From: a virus | Virus record (IMG/VR): IMGVR_UViG_3300036884_000163 | Span: 1-64,000 of that record | Direction: 5' to 3' (one strand) | Length of the DNA stretch: 64,000 nucleotides | In this document: piece by piece, positions 56,305 through 64,000 of the stretch | Position numbering within the stretch: the first letter of the stretch is position 1 | Layout: every line of letters begins with the position of its first letter | Translations under genes and position numbers: made by a program | The notes under the pieces: generated by a model | Databases searched by the model: none | What the model was told of the DNA's origin: nothing | Seen by the model: the letters and a program-made list of their open reading frames with translations, nothing else

Positions 56305-59300
56305 TTAGCTGCTCGTCGATGTGCCGGCTAAGGTCGTACATTTCAGACTGTAGGCCGAAGCACCAGTCTGAAACGAGAAACAGGAGAATGAGTTCCCAAT
56401 TCCTGGAGTGGCGAAGATGATATGAGTCACTCCGGATGCAGAACCATCGAGGTATATATTCGCTGCGGTCGTGCCATTTGTGACCGAATTATATTGCCAA
56501 GCATAAGCTCCGGGAGCCGTGCCGACGATCATAATAAAATTCATGCCCGCCGCTGGCGTCGGACCCGTGATCGCTACCGCAGCCGTCGTCTGACCATAGT
56601 TCCATGCCATCGCATTCGAAAGTTGCGCTGCGGTCGGACTGCAAGCCGTATGACAGTCGATGGATTGTGGAGTGACAGATGCGGTAGTCAACGTAGGGGA
56701 GGTCGAAGGCGCTTTGGCGTTGAGTTGTGTTTGAATGCTAGATGTAGGATCGACATAACCCATGACCGTCGAAGTCACGCCGTCCACCGTTTTGTTGGTT
56801 AAGACCTGTGTGTCAGTCGTTCCAACGATTGTTCCCGTGGGGGCCGCGACGGACGAGGTAATCGTATTCGCTGTTGCCGCGACTGGGATCTGCGTTGCCG
56901 TCATTCCAGAGAGTCCGCTGCTGCCGGCCGCGCCGAATGGCCCCACGGTTCCACCATTGATTCGGGCATACATTCCAGCAGTAGTGGTCCATAAGTCTCC
57001 GTTTACTGGGCTAGTAGGTGCGGAACCATGCGGAACATTTAATCCAGTAGTCGTAGTAGTAGATGCAGCCGTTACAACTTCTGCGGTGTGGGTTTGCACC
57101 GCTGTCCAAGTCGCCGCCCGACCGAGAAACCCAGCACAACCAAAATTATGCACTACAGCGGATCCATCGCTGTACTCGGCGCTAAAACAATGGTTCGTTG
57201 AATCAAACGTGGTTTCGTGCGTAAAAATTGGCAATGTCGTGTCTAGTGCGCCTTCGGTGGCCAAGTCGTAGGGAGGAGTTCCACCTGAATTTCCTGTGAT
57301 TGGCGTACCCTCAGAAAACGAAGTCGTGGAGGCTAGGGTCGAGAAAAAGCCTGGCGCCGGAGTTGTTCCACCGATTGTTGGCGGCGCAGCGTAGCTTTGC
57401 GTTGCGAAGGTTCCAAACGCCACATTGTTGGTTTTGGTGCAGGTAGCGACGCCCGTGCTGGCGAGCGTGCAGTCTTGGCTCAGGGCCGTTGGCGCATAAG
57501 CGGTTCCACCAGAATTTCCAACCGCCAGGTAGCCTGCCCCCGGCGCGGTGTTTGGCATGACTGCGGCCTTCGTCTGCGCGTCGTTGGTTACGCTGCTCAG
57601 GCCGACAGACGTTTTCGTAACCGAGATCGCGCCCGCCGTATTTAGGACGCTGGTGCCATCCGGCTTGACGCCGCCCAAAACAGATGCAGTGGCCGTCGGC
57701 AGCGAGTAGAGCGCCGCGAAGGCCCCTGTGTTCAAAGCTCCCGACGCTGACGGTTTCTGGCCGTGCGTTCCGTCTGCAACCATTGGCACCTCTGCGGTTG
57801 TTCCCGGATCAGAGGAGGTCGCCGTGCCCGCTGCAGAACCAAACACCGTTAGCGTCGTTGCCCAGGCCGTGCAAGGCGTTCCTATACAAACTGGAACTCC
57901 TGGTGTGGTGGGCCACGTCATCGCGCTACCGGAGGATCCGCAGCCTGTTCCGGTGGATAAAATCACGCCTGAAGAAACATTGAGGCAACCATTCGACAAG
58001 CTGGCTAGCGTAACACTCTGATCGAACTTCGCCGGAACGTTGAACTCTTTCAGCGATGCGGTCAACCTTTCCAGCCAGTTTGCGGTTACGCCATCGCCAA
58101 CCTGCGCGATGTAATTCGTAATTGACACCGGGGCTCCAAACGCAAGCTGCCCCGAACTCAGTCCCACTCCGGCGCTCGGCACATCCGTGCCAATCCACGT
58201 ATCGTTCGCACTTGCTGGTGGACGATACCCCCACGTTGCTTGAGTCAGGGCAGGCTGGGAATCAATCAGTGTGATGATATGGTGTGGATTTAGGCCCGGG
58301 GTAAACAGGGAAAAATTCAGTCTTCCTTTTGCTAAGACCGAAAAGGAATTATGGGGGTTATTGTCCTGCAAGAACGTGGCGGTGGCGTTAGGGATGCTAT
58401 TATTCGTGGTATTGATACTCGACAAACAAACTGTAGCTCCTCCTGGCGACGCTGCTCCGTAGACCGAGCACCGATTCGCAACCTGAATCGGATCTCCATA
58501 CAATCCAATTCCTACGACGTTCCCTACTTCCACATCTACCTTAACAGTTTTGTTGACCGCTACTATTGAACCGGGCCAGAAGTTTAATTGTCCTGCATAA
58601 TTCCCAGCCTTAATCGTGTATGCGGAAGTGGATGACGATCCTGTATCAGTGTAAGTACAAACCAACGTCCCCGAACAAGCCGTGGCTTGAGATAGGTTGT
58701 GCGCCACATATCCGCACGTCCCACCCGATCCACCGGGGCATCCGCCATTGTAGGGATAGACTGCACCGACTCCAACCGGAGTTGTCATGCGGATTACGTC
58801 ATAGGTGATCGTGTCAGTTCCGTTTGCCACTCGCGGCCAACTAACCGGAATTGAATCGCTTCCGGTAGAACTCCAATTGAGAATCTGCATCGGAGAGGTT
58901 TGCGTATTGGCAGTCGTATCATTGGCTACGATGTAATAGGTGTATGGCGTAGCGCCAGCTGCCGTTCCGAACACCGTCCCTGCGGTTAAAACAGAGCTTG
59001 TCGTCAACTGAAAAGTGCTGGAATTGCTTGCAGTGACTGACCAAGTACCGTTGTACCCTGATGGAGTCATTCCGGTTATGGCTACGTTGTTTGTTCCTGT
59101 GCCGGGATTCAGTGTTGACGTTATTGTGATCGTGTAAGTAGGGCCACCACCAGATTCACTGGCTGCCGTGATCGCGGCACTGGAGACGCCAGCCTGAAAC
59201 GCACCCTCAGGTGCCGGTCCGGCAATCTGAAAATTTGCATTTAGGGTCGATTCTCCGGCAATCAAACCAGCAATTCCAAGACCAGGAAAGGGAGACTCGG

Positions 59301-61848
59301 CAGCGGAGCACGAGGATGGATAGCTACTACAAGGCGGATTGGCGGCAGCGCTGCTCTCGGAGTAGATGTTCTTAAGGTAGGCTCCCTGATAGTTTCCGGT
59401 GGAGTTCGATGAATACACTTGCCACAACGAGGTGGCCTGAATGACTGTGTTCTCGATGTACAACCCGTTCGAATTATAGACGGTTATTCCTAGTTGTTGA
59501 GAAGTGATGTTCGAGTCGCGCAGCGTGATGACCGAAGCGTGATTATGCGCTATGTTCATCTGGCCACCCGAGAAGACATAGGAACCGATCCACGTTGCAC
59601 CACCGTTTAATCCCGCGCTATTGTTATTGAAGTGGTCAACGGTCGCGTTCTCGTCATCCCAGAAATCGAAGAAATTATTGAATGCACCGTTCTCTCCTAC
59701 AAGGTCGCCAGAAATATCGTTAAAGTGTGTACCGTTTGCATTGTCCAAAATCGCTTCATAAGCTAAGGCAACGACTCCGGGAGTATTCATGGAAACGGGC
59801 GCTCCGGGATGTGCGTAAGTATAGGTCACACTCGACGGCACGGACGTAATAACGGCATCTCCCCAATAAGTTGAGCTGTCCGTAAACATCTGCGTAACTA
59901 TGTCACCCGGACGAAATCCGTGGGCGGATGCCGTGGTGATTGTAGCAATGCCGCCAGAGAAGGATGTGTTGGTAATGTTTACGCCAGCATATGCGGCGAT
60001 AGATGAGTGATCGGTTGGAGTACGGAAACTGATGCCTTGAATGGTGTTACTTACAAAATCATTGGCGTTTACGCGATCGCCGACCTGGATACAAGCTCCA
60101 CGCCCAACGCAATTCAGGGAGGTTCCATATCCGCTCAGTGTAGACTGGTTAGCGTGGACGAAGATCGTGCCGTAAACGTTGTAGTTGTTTATTGAATGCG
60201 GATAGCCTGGACCGTTCGCAGGAATTGTTACATTGCATTGGGCGTTCTTGTAGTACGTTGGGTCGGTACCGCAAGCGACGTTGACCGTTTCCTGAATGCC
60301 AGAAGAGGCCGAACCGATTGTGTAGGCAGAGTGTGAGAAGAAGGGCGTGAAGAGAATGGTCCCTCCACTCCCCGCGGTATAAGTGCCACCCGTCACGTTC
60401 ACTGCTTCGCTATTTGAACCATCCGTGATGTAGACCTGATAGCCAGCGCCCGAACTCACGTCAATGCCAACGATTCCCGAAGCAAGAGTCACAGTTGCCG
60501 CCGTATTCGCCGTGAGCGCCGTAGTCGAAGATTTCGACCAGTTCATCGCCGATGTCACGTAGGCGGTGGGGGGATTAGGACATTCCACACTGACATTCGG
60601 AGCCGACTGCTGAAACAGGCAGTTAAAATAGCCAGTCTGCGGTGCGGGCGTTGCAGCGTTCAGGTTGGCCGCCGACTGCGATACGCTGTTTACGCTGAAG
60701 GGGAAGCTACCAGGCGAAGGAACTGGGATCCATGTCTGGTTGCCAGCAAGAATCGTAGCCGAGTTCGCCGCGCCACTGCCTAGTTGAGCCGTGGGCACAT
60801 ACCCACCGACCAGGCTCGCCTTGGCGGCTAAACCGGTGTCCACATATCCCTTGTTGCTTGCGTGGTTAATCGCCGTAGGGTTCCCTGGCAGCGTGATCGG
60901 ACCTGTGACCGTTCCCCCGACGAGCGATAGATAAGAGCCGCCCGAGCCAGGGGCGAACTGGCTAGCGAGATTCCCTACCGGGCACCCAAGCGAGATGTCG
61001 CCAGTCGTATCCGTAGCGAAGTTGCAGTTCAGAAATCCCGCGCCAAAGAGTGGCAGAACGTTGTTGAAGTTCGCCACCGGGACGGTGCTCCCAAGCGGGA
61101 CGCTGTTCACGCTGATGTTCGCCGCCCCTACGACACCGACGCCCAATCCGATGACGGTCGCCTGCGAGAAGTCGAAGAGGCCTTTAAAGAATGCCGAGGT
61201 GCCGGTTGGCTGCGTCCAAGTCTGGCTGTTGATGGGATTGCCGAAGAGTTGATAGAAGCCGGGAGGCGGGGGAATCACGGTGCACGGCTGCGTCAGGGCA
61301 GGATTGAAGGTGTCGCCGCTCGTCAGGCAGTAATACTCCGGCTGTCCGCCGGCTTGGTTGCTCGCTTTGTACTCGGTTACGAGCCACTGGGTAGAGTTCA
61401 CGTTCCCACAAAGGATTTGGTCTTGCCCGTAAACACTACCAGCGATTAGACCTGTGGTCGGATTAGGACGCATATCGAACTGCTGCGCGACGATGGCAAA
61501 GGCATTTCCTTGTACCTGGGGGACGTTATTTCCACAGTTCCACAGTTCGAAGTGGAGATAACCGGTCTTTTGAATGTTGCCCTGGCCGTCGGTAAGCGTT
61601 GCTGTGACGGTGACGCCGGGAGCTTGAGCGTAGGCGCACACTCCAAGCGTTAGCAGGGTGATAGCCGATAACGCCTTGAGTAACAATGCACGCATTCTAA
61701 TGAGGCGCCCATGCGCCCGAGCTTCCACCGAACGACACCGCGCGCAGCAGAAGACACCAGTCGTTTGCCCTGGCGAGCCCTCTGTGTCCACGTGACCGAA
61801 CAATCGGCACAACACAATGAGCGCTAACGCCTTGAGAGTAGGTCGCAT
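56305..61848 (-). CDS. giant tail-fibre-like protein; internal start at 61695 yields a Sec signal peptide
   Basis: Fibre motifs HASNKGYVD, YSLPTATASVLGGVK, VGLSSVTNDAQ, LTNKT; central beta-helix; MRALLLKALSAITLLTLGVCAYA-Q. Confidence 0.85.
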   Translation of the reverse strand: MRPTLKALALIVLCRLFGHVDTEGSPGQTTGVFCCARCRSVEARAHGRLIRMRALLLKALSAITLLTLGVCAYAQAPGVTVTATLTDGQGNIQKTGYLHFELWNCGNNVPQVQGNAFAIVAQQFDMRPNPTTGLIAGSVYGQDQILCGNVNSTQWLVTEYKASNQAGGQPEYYCLTSGDTFNPALTQPCTVIPPPPGFYQLFGNPINSQTWTQPTGTSAFFKGLFDFSQATVIGLGVGVVGAANISVNSVPLGSTVPVANFNNVLPLFGAGFLNCNFATDTTGDISLGCPVGNLASQFAPGSGGSYLSLVGGTVTGPITLPGNPTAINHASNKGYVDTGLAAKASLVGGYVPTAQLGSGAANSATILAGNQTWIPVPSPGSFPFSVNSVSQSAANLNAATPAPQTGYFNCLFQQSAPNVSVECPNPPTAYVTSAMNWSKSSTTALTANTAATVTLASGIVGIDVSSGAGYQVYITDGSNSEAVNVTGGTYTAGSGGTILFTPFFSHSAYTIGSASSGIQETVNVACGTDPTYYKNAQCNVTIPANGPGYPHSINNYNVYGTIFVHANQSTLSGYGTSLNCVGRGACIQVGDRVNANDFVSNTIQGISFRTPTDHSSIAAYAGVNITNTSFSGGIATITTASAHGFRPGDIVTQMFTDSSTYWGDAVITSVPSSVTYTYAHPGAPVSMNTPGVVALAYEAILDNANGTHFNDISGDLVGENGAFNNFFDFWDDENATVDHFNNNSAGLNGGATWIGSYVFSGGQMNIAHNHASVITLRDSNITSQQLGITVYNSNGLYIENTVIQATSLWQVYSSNSTGNYQGAYLKNIYSESSAAANPPCSSYPSSCSAAESPFPGLGIAGLIAGESTLNANFQIAGPAPEGAFQAGVSSAAITAASESGGGPTYTITITSTLNPGTGTNNVAITGMTPSGYNGTWSVTASNSSTFQLTTSSVLTAGTVFGTAAGATPYTYYIVANDTTANTQTSPMQILNWSSTGSDSIPVSWPRVANGTDTITYDVIRMTTPVGVGAVYPYNGGCPGGSGGTCGYVAHNLSQATACSGTLVCTYTDTGSSSTSAYTIKAGNYAGQLNFWPGSIVAVNKTVKVDVEVGNVVGIGLYGDPIQVANRCSVYGAASPGGATVCLSSINTTNNSIPNATATFLQDNNPHNSFSVLAKGRLNFSLFTPGLNPHHIITLIDSQPALTQATWGYRPPASANDTWIGTDVPSAGVGLSSGQLAFGAPVSITNYIAQVGDGVTANWLERLTASLKEFNVPAKFDQSVTLASLSNGCLNVSSGVILSTGTGCGSSGSAMTWPTTPGVPVCIGTPCTAWATTLTVFGSAAGTATSSDPGTTAEVPMVADGTHGQKPSASGALNTGAFAALYSLPTATASVLGGVKPDGTSVLNTAGAISVTKTSVGLSSVTNDAQTKAAVMPNTAPGAGYLAVGNSGGTAYAPTALSQDCTLASTGVATCTKTNNVAFGTFATQSYAAPPTIGGTTPAPGFFSTLASTTSFSEGTPITGNSGGTPPYDLATEGALDTTLPIFTHETTFDSTNHCFSAEYSDGSAVVHNFGCAGFLGRAATWTAVQTHTAEVVTAASTTTTTGLNVPHGSAPTSPVNGDLWTTTAGMYARINGGTVGPFGAAGSSGLSGMTATQIPVAATANTITSSVAAPTGTIVGTTDTQVLTNKTVDGVTSTVMGYVDPTSSIQTQLNAKAPSTSPTLTTASVTPQSIDCHTACSPTAAQLSNAMAWNYGQTTAAVAITGPTPAAGMNFIMIVGTAPGAYAWQYNSVTNGTTAANIYLDGSASGVTHIIFATPGIGNSFSCFSFQTGASAYSLKCTTLAGTSTSS

Positions 61849-62072
61849 CAGTCTTCCGCGTGCTCGAGCACCACGACGTTCTCCGCCTTCAGGCCCTTCT
61901 CGCCTTTGGTAACATCAAACTCCACCACGTCACCCTCGGTGAGTTTGCGGTAGCCCTCGGCTTGGATGGCGCTAAAGTGAACAAAAGCTTCTCGGTTGCT
62001 GCCATCATCCAAAATCAGAAAGCCGTATCCCTTAGCGTTGTTAAACCACTTGCAAATGCCTCGTTCTGCCAT
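61848..62072 (-). CDS. csp: cold-shock (CspA-family) protein
   Basis: KWFN..KGYGF (RNP1), AFVHFSAI (RNP2), L.EG..VEF; AAGGAG RBS. Confidence 0.95.
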   Translation of the reverse strand: MAERGICKWFNNAKGYGFLILDDGSNREAFVHFSAIQAEGYRKLTEGDVVEFDVTKGEKGLKAENVVVLEHAED

Positions 62073-62111
62073 AGCGATCTACTGCTCCTTTTCATCTGTG
62101 AATTCTTGCTT

Positions 62112-62429
62112 CTACTGGAAATCGCGGTGAAACGTATGCTCGCCCACCACCACGGGTCTGGCTTCTTCTAACGCTCCAATCATCGCTGTCGAGATGGGCG
62201 GGATAGGCTCGAGGGTGGGGTTGGCGCAGTCGCGATGAACTGTCGCTACTGGGTCGTTGGCACCTATATAAATCACCGTGCGCCACTTGTGATTGCGCAA
62301 AATTTGCTGCTGGCATTTCGCGCAGATGCGCTTCTGTCGCTGATTGCCTTTTTTGGCACGTTTCTTCGTCAACGGGTTACGACGATAGAACGCTACTCCC
62401 CATTTAATCCACTGCCTGAACGTCTTCAT
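62112..62429 (-). CDS. basic CxxC...H..C protein
   Basis: GGAG RBS; CAKC...HRDC. Confidence 0.55.
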   Translation of the reverse strand: MKTFRQWIKWGVAFYRRNPLTKKRAKKGNQRQKRICAKCQQQILRNHKWRTVIYIGANDPVATVHRDCANPTLEPIPPISTAMIGALEEARPVVVGEHTFHRDFQ

Positions 62430-62445
62430 AGCTTCACTCCACCTT

Positions 62446-62835
62446 CTACCGCTCATTCGTGGCTCGCACACTCGTTTTGCGGTCTCGCGCACCATGCGCC
62501 CCTGCCCTAACTTTGAACTGACCAGCTCGGCCGCCAACGACGCCCTCAACTAGCTGCATCGACTTCCCAACTGGACCGCCGAGTTCGCCGGAGATCCCTA
62601 CGCCGCGCCAGATCACGGCGATCACCGGCGCCACTACCCAGCCATCAATGAGCCACCGCCACCGCGCAATCCCTTCTGGCTTCTTGATTTCCGCTTGGGC
62701 CGCGGTGAGGTCGATGTGCATGTGATGCCCGCGCGTGGGATATTTACCCATTTGACATGCGGGGTAGACTTGGTGAAATTCGAGACTTTCGGCCTCTCTC
62801 CGACTAAGAAGACAACACTGATAGCGCTTACTCAT
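62446..62835 (-). CDS. hypothetical protein
   Basis: ATGA coupling to the HNH gene. Confidence 0.55.
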   Translation of the reverse strand: MSKRYQCCLLSRREAESLEFHQVYPACQMGKYPTRGHHMHIDLTAAQAEIKKPEGIARWRWLIDGWVVAPVIAVIWRGVGISGELGGPVGKSMQLVEGVVGGRAGQFKVRAGAHGARDRKTSVRATNER

Positions 62836-63320
62836 GCGGCCCTCTTTCTTTGCCGCTTGTTGCGATTCTGTTCAACGGCTGTGGCCCAGCGGCAGTTGCC
62901 CGGTTCGTAGTTGCCGTTGTTTTCGATCCGGTCAATGCTGTGTGCAGGAGAAGGGCGTGGCCCCATATCAGCGAAGAAGTTCTCGAACTTCCGCCAGCGC
63001 TCACAGATCGTGATTCCACGGCCACCGTAGTACTGGTAATTTGAAGCCTTTGGGTTACAAATCCGCTGGTTCATGCTTCTCCACGAGTTGTTCGTCAGGG
63101 ACCCAGACATTCCGTGGAGGGTGTTTCGATGAAGCAACTTTTGGCGCAGGAGACATCCACAACTGTGAATGCCATCCCGACGCAAATTTCCCGACGTTAC
63201 GACGCATAACTTGCCGCAGTCACAGGAGCACAACCATGCAGCCCAACGACGGATTCTCCCTGCTGGCCAGCGGGCGATCAGGCGCCCAAAGCGGTGATTT
63301 GTTTTATCGTGGATTTGCAA
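62832..63320 (-). CDS. HNH homing-endonuclease-like protein
   Basis: [52 protein letters not shown]. Confidence 0.9.
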   Translation of the reverse strand: MQIHDKTNHRFGRLIARWPAGRIRRWAAWLCSCDCGKLCVVTSGNLRRDGIHSCGCLLRQKLLHRNTLHGMSGSLTNNSWRSMNQRICNPKASNYQYYGGRGITICERWRKFENFFADMGPRPSPAHSIDRIENNGNYEPGNCRWATAVEQNRNKRQRKRAA

Positions 63321-63384
63321 TTTGAATTTGTGTGTGCGGAGAAGTGCTATTGCTCAATCTCGGGGTGCGAGATCGCCGCGAGTA

Positions 63385-63487
63385 GCCCTCCAGTTTTGGT
63401 CAGGAAAGGAGGCCCCTGTCAGGAAGAAACCCGGTCAGCGGTTCCTGAAGTTTCCCGGCACCGCTCGCGATACGTTACCGGGGAACT
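63385..63487 (-). ncRNA. putative structured RNA element, copy B (hairpin-hairpin-pseudoknot)
   Basis: AGTTCCCCGG/CCGGGAAACT, TCAGGAA/TTCCTGA, CAGGGG-CCTCC-TTTCCTG-ACCAAAACT-GGAGG. Confidence 0.6.
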
Positions 63488-63563
63488 GACAACAGTTTGC
63501 ATGGATTTGCTTTTACGATAGCCGTATTCACAGAAATAAATCAATCTTAAAATCTCTCTATTC

Positions 63564-63572
63564 TGTGGATAA
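63564..63572 (-). promoter_or_regulatory. perfect DnaA box (TTATCCACA) in an AT-rich intergenic region
   Basis: TGTGGATAA on +; near-match GTATTCACA in the opposite orientation at about 63524-63532. Confidence 0.45.
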
Positions 63573-63580
63573 CGCATGTG

Positions 63581-63876
63581 TTATAGGTAAGACGGCGAGG
63601 TAATCGCGAATTCTACTGGCATCCCGCCAGCAATCCGCCTTGCAAGCATGCGGCACCCCACCTTGCACCGTAGGTCTTCCGACCATTCCTTTACGGTGCG
63701 CGTCTCTCCGAAAGCGGTCACGGTTGCCTTGGTTGATCCGCCCTTGTTGCGTCCCAGCCATCGACTGTTGCGCCGATTCTGGGCCTGCTCTTTTCGTGTG
63801 GCCCATTTGCAGTTCCCAGGTTCGTAGTTGCCGTCATTCTCGATCCGCTCGATGGTCAGGCCGGATGGCCTGCGCC
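63581..63876 (-). pseudogene. C-terminal half of an HNH nuclease, interrupted at its 5' side
   Basis: [28 protein letters not shown] present; N-terminal half replaced by unrelated sequence. Confidence 0.7.
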
Positions 63877-64000
63877 GGTAGTGGGCTACTTTGAATTTCA
63901 TTGGTTTAGTTTCCCTTGCCATGGCATACTGAAACCATGCCAAAGCGTATAAGCAAACGACCAATTGACATAAACCAAGCGGCATTCCAGATGGTGCATC
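63877..64000. mobile_element. probable end of an insertion element (IS1595-like terminus) running off the window
   Basis: GGTAGTGGGCTACTTTGAA lies exactly at the HNH breakpoint; resemblance to IS1595-family ends is from memory only. Confidence 0.4.

Noticed and set aside
15289-61848. Stop-codon reassignment
   Set aside because: Core genes are full length in code 11, and TAA, TAG and TGA all terminate genes.
63385-63487. Identification of the duplicated RNA as an HDV/theta ribozyme or preQ1 riboswitch
   Set aside because: GCCUCC is not followed by the P3 3' strand or P1.1 GG of HDV folds, and the loop lacks the preQ1-I consensus; left unassigned.

Overview
This window holds most of a tailed dsDNA phage or prophage genome with a podovirus-like virion module. 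The host is probably Acidobacteriota, inferred from ASH/choice-of-anchor-D and CHB_HEX-like domains in a captured exported protein. Two convergent blocks meet at overlapping stop codons near 15290. The + strand early/accessory block (1-15292) carries many small coupled ORFs, a C5 cytosine methyltransferase split over two overlapping frames, RusA, a Sak4-like ATPase, Gp157, KTSC and HNH nucleases. The ~48 kb - strand late block (64000->15289) runs: cold-shock protein, tail-fibre/depolymerase-like proteins, lysis genes, papain-like protease, portal, scaffold, major capsid, adaptor/nozzle, ejection proteins and, last, the terminase. No integrase, repressor, replisome gene, tRNA, CRISPR array or reverse transcriptase is recognisable. 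Four observations stand out. (1) About ten late genes, including clear tail-fibre/depolymerase proteins, start with Sec or lipoprotein signal peptides and are Cys-rich, suggesting export of the adsorption apparatus. (2) Two copies of a covarying hairpin-hairpin-pseudoknot element sit at apparent late transcription starts, one shortly upstream of a phage cold-shock gene. (3) The methyltransferase is an M.EcoHK31I-like dual-frame enzyme. (4) Small genes are repeatedly bracketed by duplicated RBS/stop/start junction sequences. All family assignments come from motif recognition by eye, not database searches.
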